DNA of 56,550 bases from a virus. Lineage: Duplodnaviria > Caudoviricetes. A model generated the notes under the pieces. The model was not told the DNA's origin. It made no database searches and saw nothing but the letters and a program-made list of their open reading frames with translations. How positions within the stretch are numbered: position 1 is the first letter of the stretch; each line of letters opens with the position of its first letter. The DNA lies in the IMG/VR virus record IMGVR_UViG_3300037493_003812, positions 1 to 56,550 of that record, one strand, 5' to 3'. Shown piece after piece: positions 1 to 9,341 of this stretch. The translations under genes were made by a program, and so were the position numbers.

Positions 1-104
1 ATCGATACCGTATCCCGTATCTCATAATCAAGAACATCCCATTCCTTGTTAGTCGCAATAACATCAGCATCAAACCCATATAGCTGCCCAGATGTTAACA
101 TCAT
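1..104 (-). CDS. Small SH3/KOW-like family protein (3' end runs off window)
   Basis: Hand translation MMLTSGQLYGFD..., ATGA overlap with upstream gene stop. Confidence 0.5.
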   Translation of the reverse strand, partial: MMLTSGQLYGFDADVIATNKEWDVLDYEIRDTVS

Positions 105-397
105 ATCGGTAATAATTTCTGATACGCATAGTATACATCAATAAGAGTATCCTCATACAAGAAGACTTGTATAGGCGTCTGACAACCAATACAAGAACAT
201 GCATCTACCGACCTAACACGCTCCTTTACATACAGAAACATACTGTCAATAGGGCATGCCACTGCACCATCACTATCATGCAGATCCATATAATACATGT
301 TTTCAGCAAGAGCATCAGGTGAAAATTTATAAAGCCGTCCTGACTCAAATTGCCACCCTTTACCACCAATCACTATTCCATGCATCTGTTTACTCAT
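101..397 (-). CDS. Small SH3/KOW-like family protein
   Basis: FESGRLY motif, C-terminal VFLYED; CxCxxC insert shared with 3016..3282. Confidence 0.65.
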   Translation of the reverse strand: MSKQMHGIVIGGKGWQFESGRLYKFSPDALAENMYYMDLHDSDGAVACPIDSMFLYVKERVRSVDACSCIGCQTPIQVFLYEDTLIDVYYAYQKLLPI

Positions 398-689
398 TTA
401 ATTCTCTTACTCCATAGTCAGGAACAACATATAAAACTTCCTCCACCAATACAAGATAATCCACACGAGCCCCACGCATTCTAACGTTTTTCGTTTTAGT
501 TAGAGCCTTGATAAGAATACCAACAGTCCCAGCTTTAAGGTTATAGGACACAGGAGGTATTGTAAACGTAAGAGGATTTACATAAAAAGGACTTCTCTCG
601 TCGTTCTTGTATAAATGACAATTCACAAAAGAATAGCTGTCATCCCTTATCTCCACTAAACATCCTTCTATCAACAATGTCGATTTCAT
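390..689 (-). CDS. Small SH3/KOW-like family protein
   Basis: EGCLV ... VLVEEVLYVVP. Confidence 0.65.
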   Translation of the reverse strand: MKSTLLIEGCLVEIRDDSYSFVNCHLYKNDERSPFYVNPLTFTIPPVSYNLKAGTVGILIKALTKTKNVRMRGARVDYLVLVEEVLYVVPDYGVRELNE

Positions 690-739
690 ACTCTATCTCC
701 AATACTTCTCAGTGCAACACATCCTAATAAGCCTTTTCA

Positions 740-1122
740 ATTCAAAAAAACCAAAAAAAATTTTCTAAAGTAAGTTCTCTGTCACTCAATTATTTCAAAA
801 ATTTGGATTCACTAAGAGCGATGCGTGCCTTATAAAGATATCAGAAAATGAAAAAATCCAAAAAAATTTAGTGTCAGGTTAGGTGACAATATAAGCCTTA
901 TAAAAACACGGGGAAATGAAAATGAAAAAATCCAAAAAAAATTTAGTGCGTGGGTATAGTCCCACTCCACCACCCCGTCGAGCTACACGGCCTGTAGCCC
1001 CCCTATATAGGGGTCGGGTAGGCCGAGGGGTACCCCTATGGGTAGGCCGACAGGGCCAAGTACGGGTATGCTCATGGGGTCTAAAGCACTTAGGCCCCTG
1101 GCCCCTTATATTATAAGGGGTT
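740..1122. repeat. Non-coding A-tract/direct-repeat/palindrome locus (candidate terminus, pac site or origin)
   Basis: GAAAATGAAAAAATCCAAAAAAA(A)TTTAGTG at 844-873 and 918-948; CCCCTATATAGGGG and CCCCTTATATTATAAGGGG palindromes; GGGTAGGCCGA twice; strand skew flips here. Confidence 0.6.
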
Positions 1123-1127
1123 GGTAT

Positions 1128-1400
1128 CTATTGATTAGAGTAGAGGGCTGGGTAATCTTCAAAGAAGAAGTGGGTTCTATCTTTGTATATCTCTACGAGG
1201 CACTCGTCTAATAGAAAGATATCGGCTATCATCTCTCCTCGGAGTGATCGACAGGAGGTATCTGTTTTGAGATAGGCGCCTATTGAATGTACGTTAACGT
1301 CTACGACGTTATTAACTGGGTAGCCTGTGAGGTTGGTAACATAGGCCTTAGCGCCATATGTGAATTGAACTAATTGTCCGGGGATGCGAGAGAGGGTCAT
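1128..1400 (-). CDS. Small SH3/KOW-like family protein
   Basis: PGQLV ... IFLLDECLVEI. Confidence 0.65.
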   Translation of the reverse strand: MTLSRIPGQLVQFTYGAKAYVTNLTGYPVNNVVDVNVHSIGAYLKTDTSCRSLRGEMIADIFLLDECLVEIYKDRTHFFFEDYPALYSNQ

Positions 1401-1428
1401 ATGGGTTATTTTGGGGAGTGAGTGGTTG

Positions 1429-1938
1429 TTATGAACTGAGTGAATTCATTGCGAGGGATCTGATGTATGCGAGGATGTTCTCTACGTGATGAAGGGCATC
1501 GCTTATTTTGTAGATATCATCTTGTTCGGGGGAATCATGGTCAGCGCTGAGATTATCTATGACATCGATTATTTCTGAGAGCAATGCGTCAGATTCATTG
1601 AGAGACGTGATGAAATACTCCATGTTTCCATTGTCTATTCCTTGGAGCGGAAGGATGCCTAGTCTTCTGAGTTTTTTGCCGGCTTTATTGATATTATCGG
1701 AGTCTGTGGTCCCTGGGCGGAAGTATTTGCTATCTCTGAGTACCATGAGCGCTTTGGCGGCATTAAAGGTTTCTGAGGAGAATTTCTCGAGTCCTTGTCT
1801 TAGGCCTGGCAGATGAACGGTCTCGCCGGTTGTCTCAATGGAGTTTGGGTCTATGATGCCCTCAGGGTTATCTACCATTGTTGCGATAACTTCTCTAATC
1901 AGAGTTCTTAGGTTTGTCAAATTTCTATTAACGGCCAT
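1429..1938 (-). CDS. Hypothetical protein, possibly virion-associated
   Basis: 169 aa, N-terminal LRTLIREVI; ATACTTA motif upstream rather than the early promoter. Confidence 0.6.
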   Translation of the reverse strand: MAVNRNLTNLRTLIREVIATMVDNPEGIIDPNSIETTGETVHLPGLRQGLEKFSSETFNAAKALMVLRDSKYFRPGTTDSDNINKAGKKLRRLGILPLQGIDNGNMEYFITSLNESDALLSEIIDVIDNLSADHDSPEQDDIYKISDALHHVENILAYIRSLAMNSLSS

Positions 1939-1964
1939 GTTATACCTCGACTGATAAGTATGGT

Positions 1965-2261
1965 TCAGCCGACTTGTTTACAGGGGTCGCTCGTGACTAA
2001 TTCCCAGCCTGAGGTAAGGTCAGCTGAGAGCATGATATCTCCATAGAGGATAATGTCTCTATCTTCGAGGGACACGCTTCCTCGCATGAATGAGTCAGTT
2101 CTGAGGTAGACTGCATATTCATCAGGATAGACGGTGACATAGTTTTGGGAGAGGTCATCTCCGTGGGCATTTACTTGCCAGCAATATGAGGCGGTCTGAG
2201 AGGAGCGTCTAATGAGTTGGCCGGCCATAAAAGGTGATGGTGGCTTCAAGATGGTGGTCAT
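1965..2261 (-). CDS. Small SH3/KOW-like family protein
   Basis: FMAGQLI ... ILYGD; ATGA coupling. Confidence 0.65.
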   Translation of the reverse strand: MTTILKPPSPFMAGQLIRRSSQTASYCWQVNAHGDDLSQNYVTVYPDEYAVYLRTDSFMRGSVSLEDRDIILYGDIMLSADLTSGWELVTSDPCKQVG

Positions 2262-2506
2262 AGGAGTTTGCACCAGTCAGGGGAGACTGAGACCATTACA
2301 TCATCGAAGAGGACGGCGAATAGAGCGGAGTCTGTTTTGATGACTATGCCGACGGCATTGGGTTGAATGAGTATCCGTTTAATTTTAGGGCGAGAGAGGC
2401 CATTTGACAGGTCCATGTCTGGGGTATAGAGCATGAAGTTATAGGGCATATCAAGGGTGTTAGTGATAAGGTCTCCGGCCTTGATTGATTTAGTGTGTTT
2501 ATTCAT
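2258..2506 (-). CDS. Small SH3/KOW-like family protein
   Basis: KAGDLI ... VLFDD. Confidence 0.65.
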   Translation of the reverse strand: MNKHTKSIKAGDLITNTLDMPYNFMLYTPDMDLSNGLSRPKIKRILIQPNAVGIVIKTDSALFAVLFDDVMVSVSPDWCKLL

Positions 2507-2757
2507 ATTGAATGAATCCAGAGAGCGGTGACGGCGAGCAACTGTTCATTGAACAGAACGATATGACAGGCCTCATTGTTAGGGAGCTTTGATATCCAGA
2601 GACAAATTGTATCCGCTGGGATACAGACGGTAGGTTGGTCGAGGTCGGTACCGTTTGGCTTGACGTTCCATCCCCAGCTATCGCTATCGCCTGGGTCTGG
2701 GTCATCGCTTTTAAGACGGACTAATTGGCCTGCGGAGAAGTTCTTAGGCTTTTTCAT
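2503..2757 (-). CDS. Small SH3/KOW-like family protein
   Basis: FSAGQLV ... VLFNEQ; start placed at MKKPKNF. Confidence 0.65.
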   Translation of the reverse strand: MKKPKNFSAGQLVRLKSDDPDPGDSDSWGWNVKPNGTDLDQPTVCIPADTICLWISKLPNNEACHIVLFNEQLLAVTALWIHSI

Positions 2758-3019
2758 TGAATTCCTCTTGGACGAGTTCGAAGACATTTCTGAATTTGGG
2801 GTGGATTTTCTGGAGTTCTCCATCTGGAGTGACGACGGTCCAGACACGATAGGACTTAGCGGCTGCTGGCGGGTTCTCGGACTTAATGATTAAGAATACG
2901 TCATTTTCGTTAAATTCGACGGTGCTAAAGAAGGCCCACCAAGGAATCTTTCTGCGTCGATGTTTCATATGTGGTTTAAGTCGGATAAGTTTCCCGACAC
3001 GCATAATTGGTTTGTTCAT
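2744..3019 (-). CDS. Small SH3/KOW-like family protein
   Basis: MRVGKLIRLK ... VVTPDG. Confidence 0.65.
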   Translation of the reverse strand: MNKPIMRVGKLIRLKPHMKHRRRKIPWWAFFSTVEFNENDVFLIIKSENPPAAAKSYRVWTVVTPDGELQKIHPKFRNVFELVQEEFNEKA

Positions 3020-3282
3020 AGTTTGATTAGATTCTCTTCTGGGTCCCAGAGCATTACGATTTTATCTTCGACCAGAAAATTGTGATAAGTAGTGGAGCGG
3101 CACCCGCAGCAATTGCAAGTCTCTCCTGGTTGTTTATCTGGGGAGGACACATACATAGCTACGGTGTCCTTTTTGAATTGTAAATGAACTTCTGGGTTAG
3201 CGGCTAGTTCTGCTTCCAGTTTCCATTTTGCTTTAAAGACTTGACCGGCCATGGCTTTGAATTTGATTTTGATTTTCTTCAT
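3016..3282 (-). CDS. Small SH3/KOW-like family protein
   Basis: AGQVF ... FLVEDKIV; CNCCGC insert. Confidence 0.65.
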   Translation of the reverse strand: MKKIKIKFKAMAGQVFKAKWKLEAELAANPEVHLQFKKDTVAMYVSSPDKQPGETCNCCGCRSTTYHNFLVEDKIVMLWDPEENLIKL

Positions 3283-3539
3283 ATTGGGTTTAACAGGTTA
3301 AAAGGAATGAGGACTTTCTCATCGCTTACAAGGACGATGGCACGATGTTTAGCGCCTTCTGCACCAGTGGTCACATGAAAGAAGTAATCGCCTAGAAAGA
3401 CTCCCAGGGTGCCAGCATCGATGCGTTTGAGAGCATAGGGGTATGTTGGTAGTCGTCTAGCATAATATACGCTATCTTCTCTGAGGGGAGAGGAGCCTGT
3501 GACGATTAATTGGCCTGGTGATAGGTCACGAGCTTCCAT
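3279..3539 (-). CDS. Small SH3/KOW-like family protein
   Basis: SPGQLI ... VLVSDEKVLIP. Confidence 0.65.
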   Translation of the reverse strand: MEARDLSPGQLIVTGSSPLREDSVYYARRLPTYPYALKRIDAGTLGVFLGDYFFHVTTGAEGAKHRAIVLVSDEKVLIPFNLLNPI

Positions 3540-3888
3540 TATAGGGCTCCAGGAGATTTCTAGCGATTCTAACTTTTACATCCTTGAAGAGGACAGTGAC
3601 GAGTTGATTAGTGCCGGCAACATTTTGAAGATGGATACCGACCTCCAACGGATTAATTGCGAGATAGTTCCAAGCCATTGGATTTTCGTTATCCACCGGC
3701 TCGATAGCCGCATAATAGGGAGGAGCTATCGATATCATATTCGCTATGCGGAAAGTACGAGTCTCTTCATAGTCATCGACATCATCCCAATGCATACGAA
3801 GCCGCACTAGTTCGCCTGGCGAGAAGAATGGACCTTCACTCTTCACGGCGATGGTCCTTAACGGTGATGCGCTTAATCTTCGATTCAT
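3526..3888 (-). CDS. Small SH3/KOW-like family protein
   Basis: FSPGELVRL ... VLFKD; start uncertain. Confidence 0.6.
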   Translation of the reverse strand: MNRRLSASPLRTIAVKSEGPFFSPGELVRLRMHWDDVDDYEETRTFRIANMISIAPPYYAAIEPVDNENPMAWNYLAINPLEVGIHLQNVAGTNQLVTVLFKDVKVRIARNLLEPYNGSS

Positions 3889-4213
3889 ACTTTCTTGGAG
3901 AAGAGCGACGAATGCGGCGCTGTTCGAAGGCGACAATCTGTTCACCGACTAGCACCACGTCAACCCACTTCGGTCCATAGTAGGCTGACGACGGTTCTTC
4001 AACGATGACGGTCTTGATAAAGATACCGACTTCATCATTACGAACATAACGAGCGACCTCCTGCTGACCGGTGCCCTCCGGCGTCGGGTATAGTTCTGGA
4101 TGACGGTGATGATTTTGCCAGACGAAATCATTTGTTTCCGAATTCCAAAAATAAGCATGTTCGTTGCGATAGCGGACCTTGAGCTTAACGACTTGACCTG
4201 ACTTGAATTCCAT
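3836..4213 (-). CDS. Small SH3/KOW-like family protein
   Basis: FKSGQVV ... VLVGEQIV. Confidence 0.65.
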   Translation of the reverse strand: MEFKSGQVVKLKVRYRNEHAYFWNSETNDFVWQNHHRHPELYPTPEGTGQQEVARYVRNDEVGIFIKTVIVEEPSSAYYGPKWVDVVLVGEQIVAFEQRRIRRSSPRKYESKIKRITVKDHRREE

Positions 4214-4490
4214 TAGACCTTCTCCATCCATTTTTCTGGGACTTCACACAAAACACCGTTTAGAACAATTACGTCATAAATGCCGTCACGGCAATGAAAT
4301 ATTTAATAAAGAGAACAATGTCGTCTTCGCTGATCGGAGTGCCATGTTCCCAGACGCTAACAGCCGCAGGGTTCCCGTCAGAATCTTCGGCGTATATATA
4401 GCAGGATAGCGCTCCGCCTGCCCCGCTATTAATGCGAAGTAGATCTCCGGGTTTAAACTTTGGTGTTGGAGTCAATACCTTTTTAGCCAT
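4213..4490 (-). pseudogene. Frameshifted SH3/KOW-like family gene
   Basis: FKPGDLL N-terminus stops at 4269; family-type C-terminus YDVIVLNGVLCEVPEKWMEKV* lies in another frame and ends in a TAATG overlap at 4213. Confidence 0.6.
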
Positions 4491-4779
4491 TGTAGACCTC
4501 GACGTTTGCCGGACAGATATAACAGCATTGCTCATTAAGCAATATTTTGATATAGCCGCCAAGAGGCATATGCTCTGCGCCTTCTGGTAATGGCAGGACC
4601 ATAGCGATATCCTGACTCTGCATCAAAAGTTTTCGATGTGGAAGCGGCAGACCTCGGCCGAGCAGCCCGGAGAGCGTCGACCCCTCCCAAAATTCTGCTA
4701 GATAAGCGGGATACCACCATTTACCTTCACGATGGGAGAGTTGAACTAGTTGGCCGGGCGTAAAAATTTGCTTAGTCAT
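4483..4779 (-). CDS. Small SH3/KOW-like family protein
   Basis: FTPGQLV; close paralog of 4776..5051 (WWYPAY). Confidence 0.7.
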   Translation of the reverse strand: MTKQIFTPGQLVQLSHREGKWWYPAYLAEFWEGSTLSGLLGRGLPLPHRKLLMQSQDIAMVLPLPEGAEHMPLGGYIKILLNEQCCYICPANVEVYNG

Positions 4780-5051
4780 TCTACTGGCACCAGGTCGTTA
4801 ATCATATAGACCGCACGGTCATTGAACAAAATCTTAATCCAGTGCTGATTATCAGACGAGCGACGCATATGCCTAGGCATTGGTAGCACCAAAGCAATAT
4901 CAGCTGATGTAAATTGAACCACATGGTTCGCCGTCGGCATTGCGGAGCCGTCGGTCTCCCACCATTCTGCACAATAGGCTGGATACCACCAGACACTATT
5001 TCGGTGCTCTAGGCGGACCAGCTGACCCTCAGTGAATTTATGCTTTGCCAT
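4776..5051 (-). CDS. Small SH3/KOW-like family protein
   Basis: FTEGQLV ... KILFND; early promoter directly upstream. Confidence 0.7.
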   Translation of the reverse strand: MAKHKFTEGQLVRLEHRNSVWWYPAYCAEWWETDGSAMPTANHVVQFTSADIALVLPMPRHMRRSSDNQHWIKILFNDRAVYMINDLVPVE

Positions 5052-5102
5052 TATACTTTATTATAGCACGGAAAGAACAAAATTTAAAGTAATTACTTTA
5101 AA

Positions 5103-5420
5103 TTATTCTATAATTACCGGCACGATAACGTCGAGTGGAATTTCCACGAGATTATCGCCAAAAAGAACCACGTCCACTGGATAATATGGATAATTTAGAA
5201 ATTCATCTCCGCACTCAGCGCTTGACACGGTGAAATCGCTAATGAATTTTATGTAGACGCCGAGGGAGTCTGCTTCTATCAAAACGGCGTTAGGCCAACC
5301 GGTTCTGGGTTCAGTGTGAACGTATCCGATGTAACCGTGCCGCCAGGATGGGTTGAGCTTGACCAGTTGCCCTTGTGAGAAGCTATTGACCTGATCCACT
5401 TGAAAGAATTGGGGGCGCAT
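5103..5420 (-). CDS. Small SH3/KOW-like family protein
   Basis: FSQGQLV ... VLFGDNLVEIP. Confidence 0.65.
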   Translation of the reverse strand: MRPQFFQVDQVNSFSQGQLVKLNPSWRHGYIGYVHTEPRTGWPNAVLIEADSLGVYIKFISDFTVSSAECGDEFLNYPYYPVDVVLFGDNLVEIPLDVIVPVIIE

Positions 5421-5682
5421 TCGGGTATGACATTAAGTAGTCATTGCTCACCAATAGAACTTCTTCGTTGAATAGAACATGACAGTGACTGTCGCCATAT
5501 TCTGCATCATAACGCAAAAAGACACCGATGAAATCTTCATCGATGTCAATAAGCCCGCATAATTCATTATCCGAGATAGCGTCGATTAGTCTAATCGCTT
5601 GATATAAAATCGGATACATCGATCCGGCTCCATCTGCCGATTCTCCGTCGGTTCTACAAACTAGCTCGCCGGGTAAGAGCAT
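5383..5682 (-). CDS. Small SH3/KOW-like family protein
   Basis: LPGELV ... VLFNEE. Confidence 0.65.
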   Translation of the reverse strand: MLLPGELVCRTDGESADGAGSMYPILYQAIRLIDAISDNELCGLIDIDEDFIGVFLRYDAEYGDSHCHVLFNEEVLLVSNDYLMSYPNAPPILSSGSGQ

Positions 5683-5888
5683 TAACTTTTCTTATCTGAT
5701 TTAGAGGAATATCCATCGGCATACCATCCATCCCCTTTAAGAACGAAATTCGTATTGGAAGAGATTAGACGTTGAACTTCAAGGCCGAGGCAATGTGGGC
5801 AGGAAGTGAGCGGTTCGTCCTTAATGGATTGTTCTGCTTCGAACTCGACTGCGCAGGCTTCATTTTTGCACTTATATTCGTAAATCAT
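5682..5888 (-). CDS. FmdB-family zinc-ribbon putative regulatory protein
   Basis: MIYEYKC...C...CPHC...RLIS...FVLKGDGWY signature. Confidence 0.85.
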   Translation of the reverse strand: MIYEYKCKNEACAVEFEAEQSIKDEPLTSCPHCLGLEVQRLISSNTNFVLKGDGWYADGYSSKSDKKS

Positions 5889-5899
5889 TCTGTATTTCC

Positions 5900-6169
5900 T
5901 TATTCAACGGGGAACGCAATTAAATCATTTTTAGGTACCGACCAGATTTGGTCTTCAATAAGAATATTATGTCGTGGCAGTGGCCCGGCATTGCGCTGCG
6001 CACGAGCTTCATCCTCAGCGGAGGATGAATTTAGATAGACGCCGACGGTACCATTTCGGTGTGCTTGAGATTTTGAGGACTCTCTGGGAACGGTCCAGCA
6101 CCAAACAAAACGAACGTCGGTGAAGGCGTTCTTAAGCATAACAAGTTGGCCGGGCATAAAGTCTGTCAT
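5900..6169 (-). CDS. Small SH3/KOW-like family protein
   Basis: FMPGQLV ... ILIEDQIW. Confidence 0.65.
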   Translation of the reverse strand: MTDFMPGQLVMLKNAFTDVRFVWCWTVPRESSKSQAHRNGTVGVYLNSSSAEDEARAQRNAGPLPRHNILIEDQIWSVPKNDLIAFPVE

Positions 6170-6342
6170 TTTCGTTTATTAAGCATATAGGCCAAAACAT
6201 GAGCGCCGACAGCTATCACTAGAAGTAGGATACCGACGACTCTCATCATTTACTTTCTTAAGGTCTTGATATAGTCAGCGACCCATAGACTTATGAACAA
6301 CAGCAATATACTCCCGCCGACGACATTTAGAATACTCATAAT

Positions 6343-7857
6343 TTACTTTTCCTCTGCGCACGTTGAACAGGAGCACCGAAGCCAGTGATTTTTAGTTATA
6401 ATCTTGCCGGCCTTACCACAACTTTCGCATGTAGTCTCCGACACCTTTTCAGCGGTTCTCGTAAACTGATAAATCATATCGTCTATATCACTTTCACCGT
6501 CTTCGGGATCAATATATGCACGAAGAGAATTTCCACACCAAACTCCCTTACCATTTCTTCTTACAAAGAGAGTATGATTAGGAACCGTAGCGCAGTACAC
6601 TTTTCCACTATACGTGGTCCATTGCTCAACATAAGAATTGGAATCGCGAAATGTCTTACCAGATATATTAAAACTGTTAGAATTCGTCAGCCAATTAATG
6701 CAATGACAATCGTAATTGCCGACAATGTTTCTATCTCCAACTGTTTTCTTTCTTTCCAAATTTCGAACTTGCTGATCTCGGCAAACATGACTAGAAGCAT
6801 ACCCAGCTTTTAAAATAAGCTCTTGAACATCGTCACTAAGACCCTTTGATACGGTATATAAGGTATTGGCGGTTTTACTTTTATGCCCATCGCCTCTATA
6901 AAGCCACTTTAAAAATATTTCTATTTGGTGCGGAGGAAGTTCTTTAATAAAATCGGGAGCCCTTTTGTTTTCTGCTCGGTGCTTTATATTTTTTGCACAC
7001 CATTTAGACAACTGTTGACTATAAATGTTATACACTACGGCCGGCTTATCAAGGCCAGATTTTGCGTATTTATAGCCGCAATCAGTTATAATTTTTTCCC
7101 ACGCCAATTGTTCTAGCCTTGCTTTTTCACTGCCGGAATTATCGGCACAAATTCCAACGGTATCTCCACGTTTATCAATACATCCCTCTGCGACTATAAT
7201 TCCAAGCAACGCTAACCAATTATCCATGTCAATAGTTTTATCACTAATAGTATATGTCCTGTTATATCTAGCAGTATTGGCAGAGTATTTCCAACCATTA
7301 AGAGTATAGGCATTTTCTTTTTTACCAACCCATGTAGCAGACTTTAAAAATCTTTTAGTCTTTTGAAAATATTTTTCCGGAGTGCTAAATTCCATGTCGT
7401 GAATTTTTGTATTTCCGGCTTTGTAAGCGCCCATAGAGTTTCCTTTGGCCCAAAACATATTGTGATTTGGCGTAACAAACAAGTCAACCCCTCTTGCCTG
7501 TAATTGATACATGGGACCAGAGTAATCATACGAAATTAGGTCGCTCGGCGCCTGATATTCCATAATGTGGGTGCTGGGATTTATTGTTGCGAGCAGGTCA
7601 TTCATCCCAACGTCTACAAAATACTTCCAACCATCTTTGGTTAGGACTTCTGTTTCCGTATCATAGCATCCGAACTTCTCCTTAAATTGAGAAGCAGTGA
7701 TTTGCTTTACGTTGTCATTTTCGTCAACATAGGATTGAATCTGAGAGCAAAGGTTGTCTGTTAGGTCATACCAACCGTCGCTATATTCAAACCAGAAATC
7801 TTCTGGGAACATCTTTGGGTATTTGGTAATGAGTCTAGCAGTCTTTTCTGGTGTCAT
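6343..7857 (-). CDS. Conserved phage hypothetical protein (GWY..QxKEKFG-xLR-x-Y..CExCG type, 124 aa spliced) interrupted by an intein
   Basis: 63-aa N-extein ending KEKFG, 61-aa C-extein SLRAY...CESCG...CSTC. Confidence 0.8.
   Translation of the reverse strand: MTPEKTARLITKYPKMFPEDFWFEYSDGWYDLTDNLCSQIQSYVDENDNVKQITASQFKEKFGCYDTETEVLTKDGWKYFVDVGMNDLLATINPSTHIMEYQAPSDLISYDYSGPMYQLQARGVDLFVTPNHNMFWAKGNSMGAYKAGNTKIHDMEFSTPEKYFQKTKRFLKSATWVGKKENAYTLNGWKYSANTARYNRTYTISDKTIDMDNWLALLGIIVAEGCIDKRGDTVGICADNSGSEKARLEQLAWEKIITDCGYKYAKSGLDKPAVVYNIYSQQLSKWCAKNIKHRAENKRAPDFIKELPPHQIEIFLKWLYRGDGHKSKTANTLYTVSKGLSDDVQELILKAGYASSHVCRDQQVRNLERKKTVGDRNIVGNYDCHCINWLTNSNSFNISGKTFRDSNSYVEQWTTYSGKVYCATVPNHTLFVRRNGKGVWCGNSLRAYIDPEDGESDIDDMIYQFTRTAEKVSETTCESCGKAGKIITKNHWLRCSCSTCAEEK
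6529..7668 (-). mobile_element. Intein (380 aa) with LAGLIDADG-type homing endonuclease
   Basis: N-terminus CYDTETEVLTKDGW, block B VTPNH, LLGIIVAEG and WLYRGDG motifs, C-terminus VYCATVPNH...VWCGN followed by Ser. Confidence 0.9.
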
Positions 7858-7866
7858 TTGTTTTCC

Positions 7867-8016
7867 TATTGTTCGTTAGCAGAAACACCTTGTCGGTATC
7901 CGGCCATATATTCTTCGGAGGCAAAGTAGTCTTGGTCAATAGGTTTGTGATTCATCCCATCGTTCAAGCCGAGGTCATACAGGTCTACATACATTTCATC
8001 ATCATCGTACATCATA
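7867..8016 (-). CDS. Small acidic hypothetical protein (49 aa)
   Basis: Hand translation MMYDDDEMYVDLYDLGLNDG...EYMAGYRQG. Confidence 0.5.
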
Positions 8017-8058
8017 TACTCTTATATATTCTCGCCGGCTCAATTTCACATTATAGTC

Positions 8059-8346
8059 TTATTTGAATCGTCGGGGATGCCATTCGTCTTTAATGCCTAA
8101 TGTCTTCCGGCCATCAGGACATTTCAATATCGTTATGTCGTTAACCCAGCAACCAGTCAGGTCCGTATAGGCATTGAAATCAAATTCGTGTTTTTGGTCG
8201 CCAACTAGAACGGTCAAATAAATAGCGAAGCGGTGAGCCAAGACAATACCCTTAGTGTCTCCCGTCCCATTCCACGGAATCAACTCAGGATTTAATTCAA
8301 TAAGCGTTCCAACTGGAATTCTATGTTTTGCGACGTTAACAGTCAT
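8059..8346 (-). CDS. Small SH3/KOW-like family protein
   Basis: PVGTLI ... VLVGDQ. Confidence 0.65.
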   Translation of the reverse strand: MTVNVAKHRIPVGTLIELNPELIPWNGTGDTKGIVLAHRFAIYLTVLVGDQKHEFDFNAYTDLTGCWVNDITILKCPDGRKTLGIKDEWHPRRFK

Positions 8347-8696
8347 TTACGGTCACCTGTCAATTCAGCAATATCATCAAAGCGATAACGTTCCATCGTA
8401 CCTCGACGGTATTCGTGTTCGCTATAAGCGAACGTTCCAACATAGCCTTCTGCCGTCAAGGCCTGACAAGTGTAGAGATCGAGCTTAACAACGAGAAAAG
8501 GCGCTCTCGATGGAAAATAGATGCGGCTGCTACCAGCCCCTTCCGACCAATAAAACGACGTGAGCACACTACGACACCATAGACGCTGATCTCCGACACG
8601 TACCATAAGCTGATAGAGCCGGCCAACCTTAAGGTCAAACGGATTCTTCTTAAAGCTGAATTTGTAATAATCCAGCGGCTGCTCTTCATTGCTCAT
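8343..8696 (-). CDS. Small SH3/KOW-like family protein
   Basis: LKVGRLY; leaderless early promoter upstream. Confidence 0.65.
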   Translation of the reverse strand: MSNEEQPLDYYKFSFKKNPFDLKVGRLYQLMVRVGDQRLWCRSVLTSFYWSEGAGSSRIYFPSRAPFLVVKLDLYTCQALTAEGYVGTFAYSEHEYRRGTMERYRFDDIAELTGDRK

Positions 8697-8735
8697 AGGA
8701 CTATTATACCAGAATTCTTTTGATATTTAAACTAA

Positions 8736-9031
8736 TTAGTCGTCTTTAACTTCGATGAAATTCTGGCGCCCCAAATATGTCAGGTTAATCCATCCCATAG
8801 TACCATCGTCCATCACTACTTTATAGAAAGAGGCATCTTGTGGACTGTCGTGATTTGAAGCCACGACCATAATCGTGCTCCCCGGAACTTCCACTAAAAT
8901 TGAATGCCTACCGGCCTTCCCGGTCCGAGCCTTGGTGGTCATTTCGCTGTCATCTGTGTGCATGGCATACGGACTGACGCCCCTACGTATTGATAAAGAT
9001 GACCGACCTTAAACCGTGCTCTACTATTCAT
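8736..9031 (-). pseudogene. Frameshifted SH3/KOW-like family gene
   Basis: MNSRARFKVGHLYQY from 9031 is out of frame with 8736..8963; one more G in the G4 run near 8980-8983 restores the frame. Confidence 0.55.
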
Positions 9032-9341
9032 CATCGGTATACCATTCCTCTTCGTCAAAGGTTGTCTTGGCCACTGCTCTATCAATCACAGAGGTTTCTG
9101 GGATTGTAGGTTTCTCTGGGTCTTCAAGTTCTAACAGGTCTCTATTTGGAATCCAGTATTTGCGCCCTTCAAGGATGACTTCGCTCTTAAAGCCGCAAAA
9201 GTCTTTATCGACCAAAATCACGATATTGTAAAAATCTAGTGGATGGGTTTCTCTCGTTGGTGCGACGCCTCTCGGCAGCGAAGGGTCAAAGTTGGTTGGA
9301 TACTGCGGGACGTACTTATAGAGTTTTCCAATCGTTGTCAT
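9024..9341 (-). CDS. Small SH3/KOW-like family protein with acidic tail
   Basis: IGKLYKY; paralog of 9338..9592. Confidence 0.65.
   Translation of the reverse strand: MTTIGKLYKYVPQYPTNFDPSLPRGVAPTRETHPLDFYNIVILVDKDFCGFKSEVILEGRKYWIPNRDLLELEDPEKPTIPETSVIDRAVAKTTFDEEEWYTDDE

Noticed and set aside
916-1116. 66-aa plus-strand ORF
   Set aside because: Runs through the A-tract/palindrome repeats; low-complexity translation
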